A stretch of 64,000 bases of DNA from an uncultured virus (IMG/VR IMGVR_UViG_3300035034_004488) (Duplodnaviria; Heunggongvirae; Uroviricota; Caudoviricetes): IMG/VR virus record IMGVR_UViG_3300035034_004488; one strand, written 5' to 3'. The position numbers and the translations under genes were made by a program. Below are positions 40,186 to 49,681 of the stretch, in pieces. The notes under the pieces were generated by a model. It had not been told where the DNA came from. It saw only the letters and a list, made by a program, of their open reading frames with translations, and searched no databases. Position 1 is the first letter of the stretch, and each line of letters opens with the position of its first letter.

Positions 40186-41301
40186 ATGCACACGATGTTT
40201 GAGACCAACGCCAAAGCGCTAAACGCCACCGTCAAGATCCTCAAGAAGCGCTACGGCACGGCGAAGAACGAAGCCCTGAAGGCGGCCTTCCTCTCTCAGG
40301 AGGTCCCTGGTGAGGTGCTCCTACGGGTGAGCCACCTCGACTCCGAGTGTCACCTCCGGATCGAAGGTGAGGGCACCCTCGACAAGGACGGCGGGGTGGC
40401 GCTGAGCTTCCTCTCGAAGCTCCTCGTCAAGGCAAAGAAAAGCCAGCTTCGATTGAGCGTCCAAACTGAGGTGTCCGAGGAGGACCCCGAGATCTCGACG
40501 ACCACGGTAGGTGTGGGATTCGGGACCTCGGACTTCACGGCGACGTCTATCAAAGAGCCCCTGGACTTCTTCCAGACGAACGCGAAGCCTTCCCAGACCC
40601 GCGCCGTCCCGCAGGAGGTGTTCAACGCCTTGAACCGTGCGAGCGCCTACGCCGCAAAGACCTACGGGCGCTCGCTGGACTACATTCAGCTCAAGTGTGA
40701 GGGGTCTCAGGTGACCGTCGTGGCTTCGGACGGTCACGCCCTCTACCACGAGCGAGTGGACGCAGACCTGAGCGGCATCCTGCCGGAGGATAGCCTCCTG
40801 TTGCATGGCAAGGACGTGACGTTGATGTCCAAGCTGTTCACCACGGGGGCGGAGGTCGCCTATGAGAACGGCTGGAGTAACTTCGAGGGCGGTCACGCGG
40901 TCGTGAAGCTCAAAGAGAACACCGAGCACTACCCAAACATCGCCTTCTTGCTCCGAGGACGCAGCAACGCAGTCACCATCACCGTCGACGTGGCTGAAAT
41001 GCTGGAGAAGGTCGAGCACGTTCTCCTGTGCGACTCCAAGCTCAAGGCGCTGACCCTCCGACACGAGGCGGGCACGCTCACCTTGAGCTGCGAAGGTACC
41101 AAGGCCTTCTCGGGTAGCGTCTCGGCGGAGGGTTCCAACACCACCTTCATGTGCAAGATCTCCCCCGCCCTCCTCAAAAAGGCCCTCCAGGGTCTCGAAG
41201 ACGGGGAGGTTGAGCTGGACTTCCTGGACGGCCTGTCTCCCCTAAACTTCAAACAAGAGAATCGCACGCTCCTGCTCATGCCCCTCTCCATCACGAGCTG
41301 A
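40186..41301 (+). CDS. Divergent DNA polymerase III beta sliding clamp-like protein
   Basis: 371 aa (clamp size). VVASDGHAL (cf. VATDGHRL), YPNIAFLL (cf. YPDY), LSPLNF and terminal LLMPL match DnaN landmarks. Confidence 0.8.
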   Translation: MHTMFETNAKALNATVKILKKRYGTAKNEALKAAFLSQEVPGEVLLRVSHLDSECHLRIEGEGTLDKDGGVALSFLSKLLVKAKKSQLRLSVQTEVSEEDPEISTTTVGVGFGTSDFTATSIKEPLDFFQTNAKPSQTRAVPQEVFNALNRASAYAAKTYGRSLDYIQLKCEGSQVTVVASDGHALYHERVDADLSGILPEDSLLLHGKDVTLMSKLFTTGAEVAYENGWSNFEGGHAVVKLKENTEHYPNIAFLLRGRSNAVTITVDVAEMLEKVEHVLLCDSKLKALTLRHEAGTLTLSCEGTKAFSGSVSAEGSNTTFMCKISPALLKKALQGLEDGEVELDFLDGLSPLNFKQENRTLLLMPLSITS

Positions 41302-41324
41302 GCACCCCTCAAGTGAGACGTGAG

Positions 41325-41687
41325 ATGAACGCACTCCAAAACGCCATTCCGAGTAACCTCACCCTGGAAGACGATACAGCCTGGAGAGGAGGCCTCACGA
41401 TAGCACGCGCGGCGTTCACGTTGTGCATCCCGCGCGCTTCAAGGCGGAAACGAGCCTACCACTATAGAAGCGTCCCAATGTCCCGCAAGCTCTTGCAGCT
41501 TGGCTTTGAGCGCCCCCGGCTAGAACGGAACTATACCACCGATGAGAGGTTCCTGGAGAGTTCGTGGGGGTCCATGCCGTACCAGTATACCGCGCCCGAC
41601 AGGTTCTCCCTGCCGGGCACCCAGGAGCCCTTGCTGGATGAGCAGCTCATGTACGCCCTCCACGAACACAAGGTCAACGCTCCCTGA
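41325..41687 (+). CDS. Hypothetical protein with family A-like C-terminus
   Basis: Ends LLDEQLMYALHEHKVN. Confidence 0.55.
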   Translation: MNALQNAIPSNLTLEDDTAWRGGLTIARAAFTLCIPRASRRKRAYHYRSVPMSRKLLQLGFERPRLERNYTTDERFLESSWGSMPYQYTAPDRFSLPGTQEPLLDEQLMYALHEHKVNAP

Positions 41688-41703
41688 GCTTCTCGTGAGA
41701 ATG

Positions 41704-41760
41704 TTTTTACGACTCAGAACCCTTGTGGTATATGAGAGGCGAGAGACGAAACGACACACC
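41704..41760 (+). promoter_or_regulatory. Promoter-leader cassette
   Basis: TTTTTACG...CTTGTGGTATATG...GAGAGACGAAACGACACACC. Confidence 0.75.
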
Positions 41761-41777
41761 AAAAGAGAGAAGACACC

Positions 41778-42122
41778 ATGACGACGCTTAACCTTACGCA
41801 GCACACCGGAACCAACGAGCAGGGCCTCTCTGAGCCCCTGGACAAGGACGCGGTTCGGGCGCTCCTGAACTTCGTCGACCTCCCCACGGCGGAGGAGGTC
41901 AAGGACCGGGCGGCCAAGCTCGCTGCCATGGCTGTCGGACACGACAAGGCCATGGTGGGGGGCGCGCCCTTCCTCATGGGCCCCCTCGTGGACGCCCTCA
42001 AGGCGGTGGGTGTCCAGCCGGTGTTCGCCTTCTCCAGGAGGGAGTCGAGCGAGGTCGTCCAGGACGACGGATCGGTGCGCAAGGTCGCGGTGTTCCGCCA
42101 CCTCGGCTTCGTGGACGGGTGA
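41778..42122 (+). CDS. Csx20-like small Rossmann-fold protein, candidate cyclic-oligoadenylate ring nuclease
   Basis: NLTQHTGTNEQ...MVGGAP...PVFAFSRRESSEVVQDDGSVRKVAVFRHLGF resembles the Csx20 consensus as I recall it; not searched. Confidence 0.55.
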   Translation: MTTLNLTQHTGTNEQGLSEPLDKDAVRALLNFVDLPTAEEVKDRAAKLAAMAVGHDKAMVGGAPFLMGPLVDALKAVGVQPVFAFSRRESSEVVQDDGSVRKVAVFRHLGFVDG

Positions 42123-42128
42123 GGCCCA

Positions 42129-43109
42129 TCAGCCCTGGATGAGTCCATGGTACGGGCTCTCCGGGTCGAGGCTCTCCAACAGGACGCGCCTCATGTACGT
42201 CCCGTTGCGAACCTGCTGACCTACAAGGACCCTCTCATGGTCCTTGAGGTTGTGGTGTAGGAGCCCCTTCGTAGGAGATGGTCGCTCACCACCCGCCCAG
42301 ATAACAGGTCCGGGGTGCATGATGTGCAGCTCCGGATATTCTTCCAGATCCGCATTCGTGAGCCACGATCTATCCACGTGAGGGCTCCCACGCTCGGTCT
42401 GAGGCCTCAAGGCCATGATCACATCGCACTGGTCGGGCATCTCTGAGCTGGTGATCTGCGTATAGGTCTCCAGAGGCCACGCCAAAAAAGCCTCGTAGCT
42501 CCCCGCGTTGAAGCCGGGCGTGTAGATCTCCATCCCAAATGCCCTCATCAGGTCCCGTACGCTGCGCGCCACGCGCGAGAACTCAACGTCCCCGACGATG
42601 CCCAGCTTCTTACCTCGCAACGCCGCCACGCTGCCATAGAGCCCCACCAGCGTCGCCAGATCTCCCAGGGCCTGCGTCGGATGATGTTGGGTACCGTTCC
42701 CCGCGTTGATGAAGGTGATCTCCGGGTAGGACTCCGAGAGCTTTTGAGTCAGGGTTGGGCGCCAGGGAGGACACGAAGATCGGATCACGACGACCGACGG
42801 CTCCGTGATCAGGATGGCGTTCTGTATCGCATCCTCAAAGCACTCCCCCTTGGTTTGGCTTGAGGAGGCTGGGAAGGAGACCACCGAGTAGCCAAGGTTG
42901 TGAGCGGCATGCTCAAAGCTCAGGTACGTTCGCGTAGACGGCTCCTCGAAGGCGAGCAGCACATGCTCGCCATTGGGCGGACGCAAAAGACCCCGGAGAG
43001 ATGGATCTCCAGGGTAGTCGTCGAGCACGCGAGTGAGGATGTCCAGGTCGAGGTTGGCAGGTGTGCTGAGGTGTGACACGAGGCGTCTCCGAGAGGGTAT
43101 AAAGTCCAC
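42129..43109 (-). CDS. pyrB: Aspartate carbamoyltransferase catalytic subunit
   Basis: FEEPSTRTYLSF, KGE, INAGNG..HPTQALGD, VGD...SRVARS, LRPQTER, MHPGP and QVRNG. Confidence 0.92.
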   Translation of the reverse strand: MDFIPSRRRLVSHLSTPANLDLDILTRVLDDYPGDPSLRGLLRPPNGEHVLLAFEEPSTRTYLSFEHAAHNLGYSVVSFPASSSQTKGECFEDAIQNAILITEPSVVVIRSSCPPWRPTLTQKLSESYPEITFINAGNGTQHHPTQALGDLATLVGLYGSVAALRGKKLGIVGDVEFSRVARSVRDLMRAFGMEIYTPGFNAGSYEAFLAWPLETYTQITSSEMPDQCDVIMALRPQTERGSPHVDRSWLTNADLEEYPELHIMHPGPVIWAGGERPSPTKGLLHHNLKDHERVLVGQQVRNGTYMRRVLLESLDPESPYHGLIQG

Positions 43110-43140
43110 AGACCCTATACCCCACCCATTCGGACGTCAA

Positions 43141-43488
43141 CTAGCCCCTGCGCCATTGGCCCGCTTCCATGAAGGCTTTGCGAACCGTCGAGATGAAGTC
43201 CTCGCACTGGAGGTGACGTCTTTCCGACCGGAGGTCTACCTCAGACGGACTGATAAGAGTGTCTGCCTCCCTGTTGTAGTCTTCCGCCCCCCATTCGTAT
43301 GTGAACCCCTTAGCATCACGCAGAACCACGCGAGGGCGCGGTCTTGCTACGTAGGGCATCGAGAGTGTGGGTATCGAATCCTGGCTGAACCAGACTATCA
43401 CTAGAGGGCTGCGGGACATGACCGATTTCAGGTTGGGAATGCACACGAACGGCCCATCACACCGGATACCAAAGGGGTAGTCGCTCAT
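43141..43488 (-). CDS. Hypothetical protein
   Basis: MSDYPFG... with GGAGGAG RBS. Shares a C-terminal AFxEAGxWRRG with the adjacent gene. Confidence 0.6.
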   Translation of the reverse strand: MSDYPFGIRCDGPFVCIPNLKSVMSRSPLVIVWFSQDSIPTLSMPYVARPRPRVVLRDAKGFTYEWGAEDYNREADTLISPSEVDLRSERRHLQCEDFISTVRKAFMEAGQWRRG

Positions 43489-43676
43489 CCTCTCCTCCAC
43501 AGACCTGCTTCGAGGAACGCGGCGCGCACCTCGGCCGTAAAACGGTCAACCTCTTCCAGGAGATCCTCGATATGCGGGCCATGGAAGAGCCAGCCCCGTG
43601 AAGCCACGTGCGGCACCGCTATGCGCACTTTAACGCTCCAAACCTCGTTATGCTCGCACGCCATACGAGTGATCAC
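43485..43676 (-). CDS. Hypothetical protein, short paralog of the downstream gene's C-terminus
   Basis: Ends VRAAFLEAGLWRRG, versus VRKAFMEAGQWRRG in 43141..43488. Confidence 0.55.
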   Translation of the reverse strand: MITRMACEHNEVWSVKVRIAVPHVASRGWLFHGPHIEDLLEEVDRFTAEVRAAFLEAGLWRRG

Positions 43677-43821
43677 CGGTGGGAGGTTGCCAGGAAGCCA
43701 CCATTCCTACTCTACCATATCCCCGCCGAAGTACGGAGGACCATCCGCCTTCTCGTCCTGCTCAAAGCCTTTCAAGGCTACGTAGAGCCCGTCGTTTCGT
43801 ACTCGATCAGACACGATCACC

Positions 43822-44784
43822 TCACCACGAAATGTCAATATCATAGCCCCGGTCAGCATCTGCCAAGGCGTGGGCATCCATGTCCAGAGCCTCCTGGAGA
43901 GTCGACCGAACGAGTTCGACCAGCTCCGGCTCCAGGGCGCGGTACGCCTGCCAGATGTCCTCTCCCAAAAGCATCCTTGACAGCCATGATGATGTCAAGG
44001 AGGCCAGAAGCGTGTCCAAGCACTCCAGCTCCATCACGAGGTCTTCGAGGTCCGCAGAATCTTCGACCGCGAAGACGCCTTCCGAATCAGATCTCAGAAC
44101 GTTGAGCATGTTCCATCGAGACGCGAGCGACGCCATCGCCTCTTTCATATGCTCTATGGACATGGGGCGGTCGCGCACAAAGCTCCTCCAGATGTGATCT
44201 CCAACGAGCCATTCATCCATTTGAGCGGTGTCCAAGAAGGTCTCAGATAGAGTCTCCCGAGCACGGGGACGATCCACACCAACGATCGTCGCCGCAAGGC
44301 CTACGCCGAACCGAAAATACTGACCGGACGCGTTCCAGAGGGTTGCTACAGGAGGGGTACGCAGATCGCTTGCCATCTGAGGGATCTCCCGCAGGTGGTA
44401 GTGGATCTGATCGAAGATCTGAACACGAGTCAAATTGACGAGTGAACGTGCGTCCTGGAAGTCCACCCCTCCCAGAAACAGAGGGGGCATCAGGGCTTCC
44501 TCTGACCAGTACATCGCCACGGACAACGCCGAGCCAAGGGTGAGGTTGCGGGTTTGGAGCTTATCCCCCATCTCCTCCAGGGTACCCGCGAGCGCGCGAC
44601 CGCGACCACGTACATAGGAGCGCACCGTTTCGTTCGTGGAGTGACGAGCGCACATGAGCAAGTCCCACTGCTGGAGCGTCTCAAAGGTGTTCGTGGGCCG
44701 TTGGCCCATCAGGCTGCGAACCTCTCCGAAGTCGGCGTACCGGGCATTTGCTTCCTGGACGAGTCTCTCTTTTCGCGTAGTCAT
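43822..44784 (-). CDS. Hypothetical protein with family B-like FGEVRSLM motif
   Basis: 320 aa with AGGAG RBS and TTGACC-N17-TAACAC upstream. Confidence 0.7.
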   Translation of the reverse strand: MTTRKERLVQEANARYADFGEVRSLMGQRPTNTFETLQQWDLLMCARHSTNETVRSYVRGRGRALAGTLEEMGDKLQTRNLTLGSALSVAMYWSEEALMPPLFLGGVDFQDARSLVNLTRVQIFDQIHYHLREIPQMASDLRTPPVATLWNASGQYFRFGVGLAATIVGVDRPRARETLSETFLDTAQMDEWLVGDHIWRSFVRDRPMSIEHMKEAMASLASRWNMLNVLRSDSEGVFAVEDSADLEDLVMELECLDTLLASLTSSWLSRMLLGEDIWQAYRALEPELVELVRSTLQEALDMDAHALADADRGYDIDISW

Positions 44785-44921
44785 GGGAGGCGCTCCTTGT
44801 GTGATCTGGTGTTACCCCTCCTTACGCAGAGAGGTCAAAAGCCGTTCGACTCTCACTTGACACATTGGCCATCCCGTAGTATCACGGGACCTTCAACACC
44901 GAGAGCGTCTCGGAGAGGTCC

Positions 44922-45653
44922 TCAGGACTCCGAACACGCGAAGGGCACGCGAGCCATGTAGTTGAGCACGAAACCGGGATTGAACTGCGTGGAGAAAGAG
45001 GCGAACGCTCGGTAGAGACCTCCAAGTGTTCGCAGTGCTACGGCAGGGTCGGAGGTCTTGGCGATCATGCGTGCCTCGTAGGCGTAGGGTGGCGTCTTGG
45101 AGAGAGGGTACAACTCCTCCGGCTTCGTCAATCCGTACGTCCAGATCCATTGGGTCTCCTCACCCAACGAGTAGCACATCAAGAACGCCTTCATACTCCC
45201 TGTGTAGTCTTCAGGGTCGGAGTAGTCCAGGTACCAGCCCGTCTCCCCACAAGAGTAGAGCGGCTCTTCATAGAGGAGCCACTGCGCCGTGGTGTGCATG
45301 GCGTCCAATTTCTTGTAGGGCGCACAAGGAGCCTCCAAGGTTGAAGAGAGTAGACGAGTCCACGCTCCGTGGTAGGCCTCCGGTGAGTCTTGCAACATCT
45401 CCGAGAGCACCTTCGGCCAAGGCGACCAGTGGTCTCCGCTTTGAAAGTCTCGAACGTGGCGCTTCCCCTTGATATCCACGGAGGCGCGTAGGTAGCCCTT
45501 GCCGAGATCACTAAACCAGAAGCCGTTCTCGGGCGTGCCACGGCCTTCGTAAGGCACATCAACATGCCAGACACGTAGGCCTTGCGTCCCGTACTTCATG
45601 TGATAGACAGGAAGGGGTTTCGAGTAGGGTTGCCCGTAGACATTAAGCAGCAT
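44922..45653 (-). CDS. Hypothetical protein
   Basis: 243 aa with AAAGGAG RBS. Confidence 0.7.
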   Translation of the reverse strand: MLLNVYGQPYSKPLPVYHMKYGTQGLRVWHVDVPYEGRGTPENGFWFSDLGKGYLRASVDIKGKRHVRDFQSGDHWSPWPKVLSEMLQDSPEAYHGAWTRLLSSTLEAPCAPYKKLDAMHTTAQWLLYEEPLYSCGETGWYLDYSDPEDYTGSMKAFLMCYSLGEETQWIWTYGLTKPEELYPLSKTPPYAYEARMIAKTSDPAVALRTLGGLYRAFASFSTQFNPGFVLNYMARVPFACSES

Positions 45654-46030
45654 CTAGCTCTCCTTTCCACGTCGATGCGCGTCCACGAAGGCGTCGAGAC
45701 TCTCGAAACACTCCTCAGTATCCAGCAGCTTGTTGGGGGTCGTATCCCAGGCCCATGCTGGCGAGACGTAGGAGCACGTTGCCGTACGTCACGCCCTCGT
45801 TGTGCATCACAGACAGTGACCCAGCACAGAACGCGCTCTGCTCGGTCCGCACGGGACCGTCATCATCCCCCGAAGGGTACGAATAAGTCCAGGGTGTTGT
45901 GACACGTGAAGCTGCTGTCCGACAGGAGATCGTGGACGATCTCCTGTGCTCGATCTCCCGTGAGGAAGCTGCTGGTCTTGCGAAAGGGGCATGAGGCGCA
46001 CGCCCTCTTGAGATTGAATTTGAGACTCAT
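45654..46030 (-). pseudogene. Cys-rich phage protein (CxxCPF...FxCH...CAG) with two +1 frameshifts
   Basis: Removing one base at 45885-45886 and one G from the G5 at 45735-45739 gives a 124-aa ORF ending DAHRRGKES, abutting the next start. Confidence 0.65.
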
Positions 46031-46055
46031 CGGGTTCTCCTTACTGAGAGCGCTT

Positions 46056-46475
46056 TCAAGCGCGGGCGGCGATTCGCTTTCTACGTTCCATCTTCCGAGC
46101 GTCCAGATCCCGTTGATGCCCGATCTCCTGGATGCCGGAGACCATGTTACGGCGAGCCACCGACCTCGCGTTGTGGTAGCCCGTGAGACGCTGTACGCGC
46201 CACTCACGTTCCTCCATGTCCACTGCCCAGCCGTCGCCCCGGTTGATGCACGTGATGAGCGCCATCGGGATGAAGAATCCCGGTCCACCCTCCACGACGG
46301 CGAACACACCCTCCTCACCGTCGAGGGTCCCGATATGTGCCGGGTGGTCGAAGTAACCTCCGATGAGGTCGACCTGGACCCGGCTGTCCTTACGCATCTC
46401 ACCCATGTAGACCTCGGGGCGAACCCGAATGGTCTCATCGAAGTTGTCCATCACGTAGCCTCTCGTCTGCTTCAT
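46056..46475 (-). CDS. Hypothetical protein
   Basis: MKQTRG... after an AAGGAG RBS; promoter at 46505-46535. Confidence 0.65.
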   Translation of the reverse strand: MKQTRGYVMDNFDETIRVRPEVYMGEMRKDSRVQVDLIGGYFDHPAHIGTLDGEEGVFAVVEGGPGFFIPMALITCINRGDGWAVDMEEREWRVQRLTGYHNARSVARRNMVSGIQEIGHQRDLDARKMERRKRIAARA

Positions 46476-46620
46476 CGCTCTCTCCTTGGGTTGCAGTACG
46501 GCACCTATATACCACAAGACTGGGACGAGGTAAAAGAAAGACGAGTGATAATCGCCTTGTATCAGCGTCTAGACGTGAGATCCCAAAAGACGATACCCCA
46601 CCAGATAGAGGACATGAACC

Positions 46621-48249
46621 ATGAGTGACTTGAGAACGGCAACAATCCGTCTGGCATACGAGAACCCGGAGCTACGCGCGCAGCTCTTGCCTCTGTTGGC
46701 AGAAGGTGATCACACGAGCATTCAGCACCGCAAGGCCTACATCGAGCCGTTCACGTGGCTCAAGAACGCCGACAAGGGCGGTAAGGACGTCGCGGAGTTC
46801 CTCAAGGAGAAGGGCGACGAGAGCGTCAGCAACCCGAACCCGGACTCCAGGGAGCGCTACCCCGAGGTCAAGGTCAAGAGCCTCCCGAAGTCCGAGAAGG
46901 GCAAGGGATTCTTCCAGAAACTCTTTGAGAGCTGGAAAGGCGACGAGAAGGGAGACAGCAAGGGCGGTGAGAAGGGCTCCGGCGACGTGGCCAAGCTCCA
47001 GAAGCGCTTCAAGAAGCCTTCGGACTCGGACAAGATGACCTTCTGGAAGGAGGTCAAGCGCGACTCCACGCGAGACGAGCTGATCGACAAGGACAAGGTT
47101 GAGGAGCTGGTAAAGAAGGAGATGGGGAAGGCGATCGAGATGTTCGCCAAGAACCCGCCCAAGAACGCGCCCAAGAAGCCCTCCATGAAGGACATCGCGC
47201 TCAACTACTCGCGCAAGCGCACCGCGCAGCTCAAGAAGGGCCTCATCCGCTTGGCCTTCCACAACCCGGAGCTTCGTCCGCACATCCTGCCGCTGCTCGC
47301 AGGCAAGACCGCACGCCGTGAGGTCGTAGACTGGCAGGAGCTGAGCACCCGGAATCTCGAACAGGCCGTGATCAACGGACTCACGGGACTGCAATCGCTC
47401 AAGATCAAGATGGGCTCGCTCAACACGAAGCCAACCTACGTAAACTTTCAGGACGACCGCGTAACCGTGGGCTTCTCTCAGCCAGACATGTTCGCAAGCA
47501 ACGCGGTGTCGGTGACCTCCAAGAAGCTGTCCGTGCGCGGCAAGGTCACCACTATGGAGCCTGGGGACCGGGAGGCGATGCGCGGCTTCCAGGAGACCTG
47601 CAAGCGACTCGATGGTATGAAGATCTCTTTGCGGGAGAGGGACGACGCCAAGGTCATGGCGGGTATCAAGAGGCAGACGGCGCAGGGACAGGCCGCGATC
47701 AACAAGATCGCCAGTAAAAACGTGCTGTTGGGCATGGTCGGTGAGGCCACGAGGGTGCAATTCGGGACGAGCTTGGTGAATCGGCTAAAGCTGGAGAAGG
47801 TCGACACCTCGCGCGGCCGAGCAACCTTCGGGATGCCGTTGAGCAGCGTGGACGCGTATGCAGTGTACGATCTGGGTCGCAGCAAGGGCATCTACGATGG
47901 CATGAGCCTGAGCGACTACGCCGAAGCGATGACGGATTACTGGGGCATGGACGCAATGACGATGGACGGAAGCAGTCGCATCGGCGCTACTATACTGCGC
48001 CAGCAGCTCGACATGCTCCGCGCCATGTCGCCGGGCGCCCAGCTCCATCACTACCTCCAAAACTTCAACTACGGCCACTCTCTCGACTCGGCAGAGGTAA
48101 AGGCGAACATAAGCGGTGCAAACACACCTCTCTTCGCACCGGGAGAGGCCCCCAACAAGGCCGTCATTGAGAAGCTGCGTGAGGAAGAAGAGGAGCGCCG
48201 TCGCAGTCTCCAGAATGAGCTGGCGTACAGAGACACGCGCGGGTACTGA
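46621..48249 (+). CDS. Lys-rich hypothetical protein with two NPELR tags, possible virion-internal protein
   Basis: IRLAYENPELRAQLLPLL and IRLAFHNPELRPHILPLL; motif 2 at 46547; strong codon bias. Confidence 0.8.
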   Translation: MSDLRTATIRLAYENPELRAQLLPLLAEGDHTSIQHRKAYIEPFTWLKNADKGGKDVAEFLKEKGDESVSNPNPDSRERYPEVKVKSLPKSEKGKGFFQKLFESWKGDEKGDSKGGEKGSGDVAKLQKRFKKPSDSDKMTFWKEVKRDSTRDELIDKDKVEELVKKEMGKAIEMFAKNPPKNAPKKPSMKDIALNYSRKRTAQLKKGLIRLAFHNPELRPHILPLLAGKTARREVVDWQELSTRNLEQAVINGLTGLQSLKIKMGSLNTKPTYVNFQDDRVTVGFSQPDMFASNAVSVTSKKLSVRGKVTTMEPGDREAMRGFQETCKRLDGMKISLRERDDAKVMAGIKRQTAQGQAAINKIASKNVLLGMVGEATRVQFGTSLVNRLKLEKVDTSRGRATFGMPLSSVDAYAVYDLGRSKGIYDGMSLSDYAEAMTDYWGMDAMTMDGSSRIGATILRQQLDMLRAMSPGAQLHHYLQNFNYGHSLDSAEVKANISGANTPLFAPGEAPNKAVIEKLREEEEERRRSLQNELAYRDTRGY

Positions 48250-48629
48250 TCACAGCGTGTCGTGTCTGGCTACGGACTTGGCAAAGCGTGTTGAAGAGAG
48301 CAGGCCCTACGCCCTTGATGTCGAACCTCCCAAGCTTGTACCTCCCCCCAAGCCGAGCGCGCTGGATTCTATACTCGCAGGTTCGACCTCGGTTCAAGGG
48401 TACACCAAGGCGCAGCTCCTGGAGTTCCTGGCGTCGGTCACCGACCAGAAGCCGAGGCGGCTCAAATCGCAGCTCCTGGAGCAAATCCAGGAACTGGCAC
48501 AAGAGCAGTGAGACGTCGCGAAGGTGGAAGCCTGGGACGCCTACGAGAAGGCGCTCACCCTCACACACCGAGTCTCCGTCTGGAAGCACGGAACCGTGTT
48601 CGAGAAGTTCGAGGAGCCGTTGAAAGCCT

Positions 48630-48693
48630 GAGATAGTTTTTACGGTCTGGGTCTCTTGTGGTATATGGTGTGTGTAAGACGACACAGACACCG
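48630..48693 (+). promoter_or_regulatory. Promoter-leader cassette
   Basis: GAGATAGTTTTTACGG...CTTGTGGTATATGGTGTGTGTAAGACGACACAGACACC. Confidence 0.75.
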
Positions 48694-48707
48694 CAGGAGA
48701 CGACGCC

Positions 48708-49208
48708 ATGACTCGCCCGAACGATCGCCAGCTCCGAAACCGCGCCCTGAAATCCACCCACACCTCGGACGCATTGCGTGCCGCGTCGCAGATCCAGCAC
48801 AAGGACACCGCCTGCGTCACGATGGCGACCCTCCTGGAGCGACGAGGGATGGGCGGGTACCTCGAAGCGGCTCGCAACGACGTGGAGATCGTGTACGCCA
48901 TGTATCTTCTGGAGATAGGCGAGGTCTTCAAGCGGGTGTCGCTTTTCCGAGACCTCCCCAGAGACGAGCGAATCGCTCTTCTCGCTACGGTCGCCAGCAT
49001 CCGCAGGCGCCACCCTCTCCTCCGAATCACCGACGCTCTGGACTACGTGGCCCAGCGAGCGACCACCCCCGACCGCCGGAAGCTTGTCCGCGACCTCAGC
49101 GATGAGTACCAGCACGAAGAGCAGCGCTACTACGACGATCTGGAGGCCGAAGAGAGGCGCGACCAGGAGTACGAAGAGCACGCACACTACATCCGCTACG
49201 CCCTCTGA
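48708..49208 (+). CDS. Hypothetical protein
   Basis: 166 aa with AGGAG RBS after the cassette. Confidence 0.7.
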   Translation: MTRPNDRQLRNRALKSTHTSDALRAASQIQHKDTACVTMATLLERRGMGGYLEAARNDVEIVYAMYLLEIGEVFKRVSLFRDLPRDERIALLATVASIRRRHPLLRITDALDYVAQRATTPDRRKLVRDLSDEYQHEEQRYYDDLEAEERRDQEYEEHAHYIRYAL

Positions 49209-49288
49209 GCCCTTGCGCCTCGAAACACAAGCGCGCATGGGACCCCCTCCGGTGCCGAAGACGAATCACTCCCGCAAGGGTACGCCTG

Positions 49289-49624
49289 ATGTTCAAGCTC
49301 AACGCCCCGATCCCTACGCGTGACGCAATACACGCACGACGTGCACAGTCGCTATGCCGTGGTCGCTCCTTTGAGCCGGGAGCCGAAGAGATGCCGGTCA
49401 ACGGACTGCTCTTCGTTTGCTACATCGAAGACGACCGGACACGCACCGCACTTCTGGGAGAACTCGGCCTGAGGGACCCGGACACCGAAACGCTCCTGCG
49501 CATCCTCAAGGAGATCCTCAGCCTGTGTCGAGCCACGAGTTCATATGTCCGAACGACCTACGAACCGCTGCGCAACCTGCTCGAAAAGGAACTCCTCAAA
49601 CGAGGACGGTGCCCTTTTACATGA
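49289..49624 (+). CDS. Hypothetical protein
   Basis: 111-aa ORF. Confidence 0.55.
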   Translation: MFKLNAPIPTRDAIHARRAQSLCRGRSFEPGAEEMPVNGLLFVCYIEDDRTRTALLGELGLRDPDTETLLRILKEILSLCRATSSYVRTTYEPLRNLLEKELLKRGRCPFT

Positions 49625-49681
49625 CGCCCGCCTTGAGTTGCAGAGGGTCCCACCGGCAACGCGCGCGTGATCACGCTCGGG

